Shown here: positions 59,384-64,000 of the stretch, one piece after another
Position numbering within the stretch: the stretch's first letter is position 1
How the letters are laid out: each line of letters opens with the position of its first letter
Source: Coleofasciculus sp. B1-GNL1-01
GTDB taxonomy: Bacteria > Cyanobacteriota > Cyanobacteriia > Cyanobacteriales > Coleofasciculaceae
Length of the DNA: 64,000 nt
Reading direction: 5' to 3' (one strand)
Assembly: GCA_040220235.1 (NCBI GenBank)
Contig: JAVJTO010000102.1
Notes under the pieces: model-generated
What the model saw: only the letters and a program-made list of their open reading frames with translations
The model's database searches: none
Told to the model about the DNA's origin: nothing
Translations under genes and position numbers: made by a program

Positions 59384-61174
59384 CTAAGAATCGTAATCCC
59401 GATCATCTAATCCCGGTCTGGGCATTGGTACAGCTTTTTTCCGATTAAGCTGACGTAGCAACATTGCCCCCACCACAGCGATGACGAGGAACACCCAACC
59501 CGTCAGGGGTTGTAGCAGCAAAAAGCCTCCGATCGCAAACATAGCACCAAACAACAATAAAATGGCGGCAAATACCCGTTGAATATCCTGTCTCAGGTTT
59601 TGAACAGGTAATAACCCCGTACTTTCCTGTTGACGTTGCCAACCCGGACCTGCTGGACGCACCCGACGATAAAATTCATCTAGAGTTGCCTCAGATTCTG
59701 GCGGCGTCACTAACATGGCTGTAATCCATAACCCACTGGTAATAATTGTCGTTACCAGTAGACGCAAACCAAACTCCTCAATCTGGATAATTGGGACGAT
59801 ACTGGTGGTTAACCCGACAATAAATCCACCCACCATTGCCGTCAGTTCAGCTATGGCGTTAATTCGCCACCAAAACCAGCGTAAGATTAAGACTAAGCCA
59901 GGACCGGTGCCAATGGCAATCACTAACCGAAAAACGGTTGCCACATCCTGAGAAAAGAACGCCGCCATCGCCCCTAATGCCGTCACCACCACTGAAGCAA
60001 TCCGCCCCGCTAATACCAACTCTGACTGTTGAGCATTCGGTCTGATAAAGCGCTGATACAGGTCATTGGTTAAATAAGACGCGCCCCAGTTAATCGATGT
60101 AGACACCGTACTCATAAACGCAGCCAGTAGGGATGTGACGACTAACCCCAACATCACCGGGGGAAGGAAATCCAGCATCAATTTAGGATACCCCAATTCT
60201 CGGTCGGATAAATCGGGATAGACGACAATCGCCACCAGCGCCACGAGTATCCAGGGCCAAGTTCTGATCACATAATGGAGAATATTAAATAACCACGCGG
60301 CTTTCTCGGCTTCCGCTTCATCCTTAGACGCCGCCAGACGCTGCACAAATTCCCCACCACCATCACTCCGACGAAATGTCCACCACTGGAGGAAGATATA
60401 GGCAAAAAAGGTACTGGCGGTAATTCCCGCTGTTTCACTCCAGCGAAAATTATCAGTTATTGGAAAAAAAGATAAAATATCATGTCCAGTCATCTGCTGC
60501 ACTTCTGGCACAAGGACATGAATTCCACCGACATGATTGACCGCCGCGATCGCGACAACAATTGCCCCAAATAGTGCTAAAAAGAATTGGAAAAAATCGG
60601 TAGTTACCACACCCCAAAGCCCCGCAAAACCTGAGTAAATTAAAACTAAAACGCTAACACCAACCACACTCCAAATTTTCAGATTTTCCTCTGGTTCAAT
60701 CCCCAAACTCTGCCAAAGTTCCAAGGCATCCACCACTTTAATCATGGCAAGCATAGCGTAGCCAATAGCAATACAGTTAATCGGTACGGCAAATAAAAAT
60801 GCTTTGGTTCCCCGTAAAATTGCGGCTGTTCGTCCGCCATAACGCAGTTCAGTCAATTCCGCGTCGGTGACAATTTCCGAACGTCGCCACAATCGGGCAA
60901 AGATATAAATCATCACCAGATGGGCGATGCCAAAACTCCACCATTCCCAGTTTCCGGCAATGCCTCGATTACCCACCACCCCAGCAATATAAAGGGGTGT
61001 ATCAATAGAAAACGTTGTCGCTGCCATACTTGTACCCGCTAACCACCAAGGAAGTGATCGCCCAGAGACGAAAAAATCGACCAAACTCCCTGATGCTTTG
61101 CGTGAGAGATAAAGTCCTAAGCCCATTGAACCAATCAGGTAGAGCAGGACAATCAGCCAATCAACCTGTTGCAT
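59384..61174 (-). CDS. Sodium:solute symporter family protein
   Basis: FFVSGRSLPWW..G.SM.ATTFS.DT, ELRYG, AAFMST.ST..NWG; about 13-14 TM helices. Confidence 0.93.
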   Translation of the reverse strand: MQQVDWLIVLLYLIGSMGLGLYLSRKASGSLVDFFVSGRSLPWWLAGTSMAATTFSIDTPLYIAGVVGNRGIAGNWEWWSFGIAHLVMIYIFARLWRRSEIVTDAELTELRYGGRTAAILRGTKAFLFAVPINCIAIGYAMLAMIKVVDALELWQSLGIEPEENLKIWSVVGVSVLVLIYSGFAGLWGVVTTDFFQFFLALFGAIVVAIAAVNHVGGIHVLVPEVQQMTGHDILSFFPITDNFRWSETAGITASTFFAYIFLQWWTFRRSDGGGEFVQRLAASKDEAEAEKAAWLFNILHYVIRTWPWILVALVAIVVYPDLSDRELGYPKLMLDFLPPVMLGLVVTSLLAAFMSTVSTSINWGASYLTNDLYQRFIRPNAQQSELVLAGRIASVVVTALGAMAAFFSQDVATVFRLVIAIGTGPGLVLILRWFWWRINAIAELTAMVGGFIVGLTTSIVPIIQIEEFGLRLLVTTIITSGLWITAMLVTPPESEATLDEFYRRVRPAGPGWQRQQESTGLLPVQNLRQDIQRVFAAILLLFGAMFAIGGFLLLQPLTGWVFLVIAVVGAMLLRQLNRKKAVPMPRPGLDDRDYDS

Positions 61175-61461
61175 GCTTTTGCGATAACGTTTGACCTGAA
61201 TTTGATATGATACATCGCTTTTAGGTCAGATAATTTTAGAGGTTAGATTTTCATGTTTGATCAACCTCTCTCAACTTAGTCGGGGCGGGTTTATTCATAT
61301 CTGGGTGAGGTAAAAAACGATAATAGTGAAACCCGCCCCTACACAGATTGTGTCAGATAGAAAGGTGGCACATCGGTTGGAACTCCACAGGTTTAGCCTT
61401 GGTCAGGTTAACCAAACGTAAGACAATTTTCACTAACGAACGGACGATTGAGGCTAATTTT

Positions 61462-63420
61462 ATGCTATATAGAGCGGTTGCCTTTTCCACTTTGGCTGTG
61501 CTGGTGGGTAGCGATTTAACTCAGCCAGCGATGGCGACTCCCGATTCCCCGACAACCAACCCACCATCGGAAACCAGAAACTATGTTGTCCCCACAGAAG
61601 CCACCTCAGCCACGCCTTCCCCTAGAACAGTCGCCGCTCCAGAAGCGACGCCAACCCCAGAATTTGCCCAATCTGTTCCCACCCTAAATCAATCTCAACG
61701 GTCTAACGATTTAGTTGTTCTCGCCACAGACGTGCAAGTCGTTGGTGTGTCGGAAGAATTGCAGCAGCTTGTCTTAAAAACGATTAGCACTCGTCCAGGG
61801 GGTCAAACCAGTCAAAGCCAATTGGATCAGGATATTCAAGCGATTTTAAATACAGGGTTCTTTGCTAACGTCAGTGTCACGCCAACCGCTAATTCCACGG
61901 GTTGGGCGGTGGTTTATCAGGTTGAACCCGTTATCGCGCGATCGCTCGAACTATCCGGTAACCAGGTTCTCACCCCAGATGTGGCTAATTCTATTTTTAA
62001 TCCGCAATTGGGTCAACCCGTTAGTCCCGCTAACCTACGTCAAGGGATACAACAGTTAGAACAATGGTATGAAGACAATGGTTATATCTTGGCACAGGTT
62101 TTAGACGTGCGATCGACACCGGATGGCGTGATAATCGTTGACGTGGCGGAAGGTGTAGTCAGTGACATTAATTTCCGCTTCCTTGATGAAGAAGGTGAAC
62201 CCACGGAAGGACGAACTCGCGAGGATTTTATCAATCGTGAATTGAACCTACAACCGGGTCAAGTCTTTAATGTAGAGGTTGTCCGCCAAGACTTGCAACA
62301 GCTTTACCAATTGGGATTATTTGATCAAGTAGACATTTCTCTCAATGGTGATGCTAGAAATGTCGATGTTATTTATAATCTGATTGAACGATCAGCCCGT
62401 GGGGTAAATGCTGGTGCTGGATATAGCAATGACAGTGGTGTTTTTGGCACTCTCAGCTATAACGACTTCAATCTCGGCGGTGTGAACCAGAAACTGGGAT
62501 TGAATATACAGTTTAGCCGTCGTGATTTCCAGTTTGATGGAAATTATGGTAGACCCTATCGGGCTAGTAATCCAGAACAACCAGGATATAACGTAAATAC
62601 ATTTCGGCGGCGTACTGTATCCCAGACGTTCGATGAAGATGTTGATCTCGCCAATGGGGATGATCCCCGTGAAGGACAGTTTGGCGGCGGCGTCACCTTA
62701 TCCAAACCCGTGAATCAGGAATGGGATGCGTCGGTAGGCGTCAACTATACCCGTACCAGTATCCGCGATAGTGACGGCGACATTAATGCGGTTGATGAAT
62801 TCGGGAATCGTCTCTCCTTCAGTGATAAAGGAATTGATGATTTAGTTACCGTTTCTGCTGGAGTGACGCGGGATAAACGAGACAATCCAGTCAATCCCAC
62901 CCAAGGTTCTCTGGTGCGTCTGAGTACGGAACAGTCTGTACCGATTGGTAATGGTAGTATTTTGATGAATCGGCTGGAGGCAAATTACTCCCAATATGTT
63001 CCCGTTGATGTATTTAAGGGTAATAGTCAAGAAGTCTTGGCATTTAACGTTCAGGGAGGAACCACGATTGGTGATTTACCCCCCTACAACGCCTTTAACC
63101 TCGGCGGTCAAAATTCGGTGCGAGGCTACGGTACAGGGGATGTCGGAACAGGGCGCAGTTATGTGTTAGCGTCGGCGGAGTATCGGATTCCCATCTTCAA
63201 TCCAGTAGGTGCGGTTGTTTTTGCTGACTTTGCATCGGATTTGGGTTCGAGTGAAACCGTACCGGGAGAACCGGGTGTGGTGCGGGGTAAACCGGGAAGT
63301 GGGTTTGGTTACGGTGCGGGATTGCGCGTCAATTCCCCTGTGGGTATCATCCGCGCCGATTTAGGATTTAATGACCAAGGAGATAGCCGAGTCCAGTTTG
63401 GTTTGGGTCAACGATTTTAA
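61462..63420 (+). CDS. Omp85/BamA-TamA outer membrane protein
   Basis: Pro/Thr-rich N-region, POTRA domains, GG.NSVRGY motif and terminal GLGQRF. Confidence 0.93.
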   Translation: MLYRAVAFSTLAVLVGSDLTQPAMATPDSPTTNPPSETRNYVVPTEATSATPSPRTVAAPEATPTPEFAQSVPTLNQSQRSNDLVVLATDVQVVGVSEELQQLVLKTISTRPGGQTSQSQLDQDIQAILNTGFFANVSVTPTANSTGWAVVYQVEPVIARSLELSGNQVLTPDVANSIFNPQLGQPVSPANLRQGIQQLEQWYEDNGYILAQVLDVRSTPDGVIIVDVAEGVVSDINFRFLDEEGEPTEGRTREDFINRELNLQPGQVFNVEVVRQDLQQLYQLGLFDQVDISLNGDARNVDVIYNLIERSARGVNAGAGYSNDSGVFGTLSYNDFNLGGVNQKLGLNIQFSRRDFQFDGNYGRPYRASNPEQPGYNVNTFRRRTVSQTFDEDVDLANGDDPREGQFGGGVTLSKPVNQEWDASVGVNYTRTSIRDSDGDINAVDEFGNRLSFSDKGIDDLVTVSAGVTRDKRDNPVNPTQGSLVRLSTEQSVPIGNGSILMNRLEANYSQYVPVDVFKGNSQEVLAFNVQGGTTIGDLPPYNAFNLGGQNSVRGYGTGDVGTGRSYVLASAEYRIPIFNPVGAVVFADFASDLGSSETVPGEPGVVRGKPGSGFGYGAGLRVNSPVGIIRADLGFNDQGDSRVQFGLGQRF

Positions 63421-63706
63421 GCCTTAAAATGGTGTCCAAGAAGGGCGGGTTTAGTTACCTTTGTCATGATTGTCGGGATTATTGGGATTATTGGGATTAT
63501 CGCGGTTGTAGGGGCGAGTCGCTGCACATAGTAGGCAGTGTGAGAATTAACTTGTCTCGACTCGCCCTTTTCTAAATGCGGTGTTAGATAATTCCCGATA
63601 GCGGGCGGAGGGCGACCCGATCAAATTAAGGGTTGGATGGTGTTAATTGTGTGCGGCGGGTCGCCCCCACGAGAACACCAACGCCTGTTATAAATCAAGG
63701 CTATAA

Positions 63707-64000
63707 TTATTCCAATTCCAACTTTAATCCTGGCATTAATCGCTGTAAATTCTTTAACGATTTTCCTTGCCAAGGAATTTTATCGGAGCCTTTAATTTCA
63801 ATCTGGATCGTCTTCTTTTTGCGTACATTCAAGACAAATTTAGACAACATGCTAATTCCCGAACTATTGAGGAATTCTAGCTCCCGCAGGTTTAACGTAA
63901 TCAGGGAAGGGTCTTGCTGAATCATCTCATCGAAGATTTTGATGATCGGTTCGTACTCCTTCATTCCACCCAGTCGCAGTGACCCTTCAAAATATACAGT
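63707..64000 (-). CDS. Slr1659-like STAS-type regulator (5' end outside the window)
   Basis: Open frame to the window edge: TVYFEGSLRLGG..EY...LRELEFLNSSGISML...IPWQ.KSLKNLQRLMP. Confidence 0.8.
   Translation of the reverse strand, partial: TVYFEGSLRLGGMKEYEPIIKIFDEMIQQDPSLITLNLRELEFLNSSGISMLSKFVLNVRKKKTIQIEIKGSDKIPWQGKSLKNLQRLMPGLKLELE

Noticed and set aside
2243..61943. Frequent GCGATCGC octamers
   Set aside because: This is HIP1, a standard cyanobacterial feature; it was used only as a taxonomic clue.

Overview
This is a 64-kb chromosomal window from a filamentous cyanobacterium. It carries petC-petA, abundant HIP1 GCGATCGC sites, STRR heptamer repeats, PEP-CTERM proteins and the split-intein dnaE C-half. 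The repeat style suggests an Oscillatoriales/Coleofasciculus-like mat-former, which is inference only. Housekeeping genes (petCA, rbp, rimM, RNase II, rpsR, rpmG, dnaE-c, ychF, nadE, Omp85) flank an accessory block at about 19.8-39.6 kb. That block has two parts. The first is a glycan-modification operon with a split GT4 glycosyltransferase, a GlpD-like oxidoreductase, three methyltransferases, an acyltransferase, an epimerase and a convergent flippase. The second is a loose co-oriented tRNA-modification cluster: a TrhP2/TrhP1-like U32 pair, trmN6 and cmoA, interrupted by a Fic gene, with no cmoB in view. In E. coli the known activities of these families converge on tRNA-Val(UAC), which makes this cluster the best candidate for an undescribed system. 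Further right are signalling genes: an RcaC-like regulator, DUF928 plus a Cya2-like CHASE2 cyclase, a stand-alone EAL protein and an HTH-TIR-AAA protein. Intergenic DNA holds two MITE families, REP-like palindromes with 21-bp tandem amplification, and two candidate shared promoter motifs. I recognised no rRNA, tRNA, CRISPR array or intact transposase. All calls come from reading the sequence, with no database searches.
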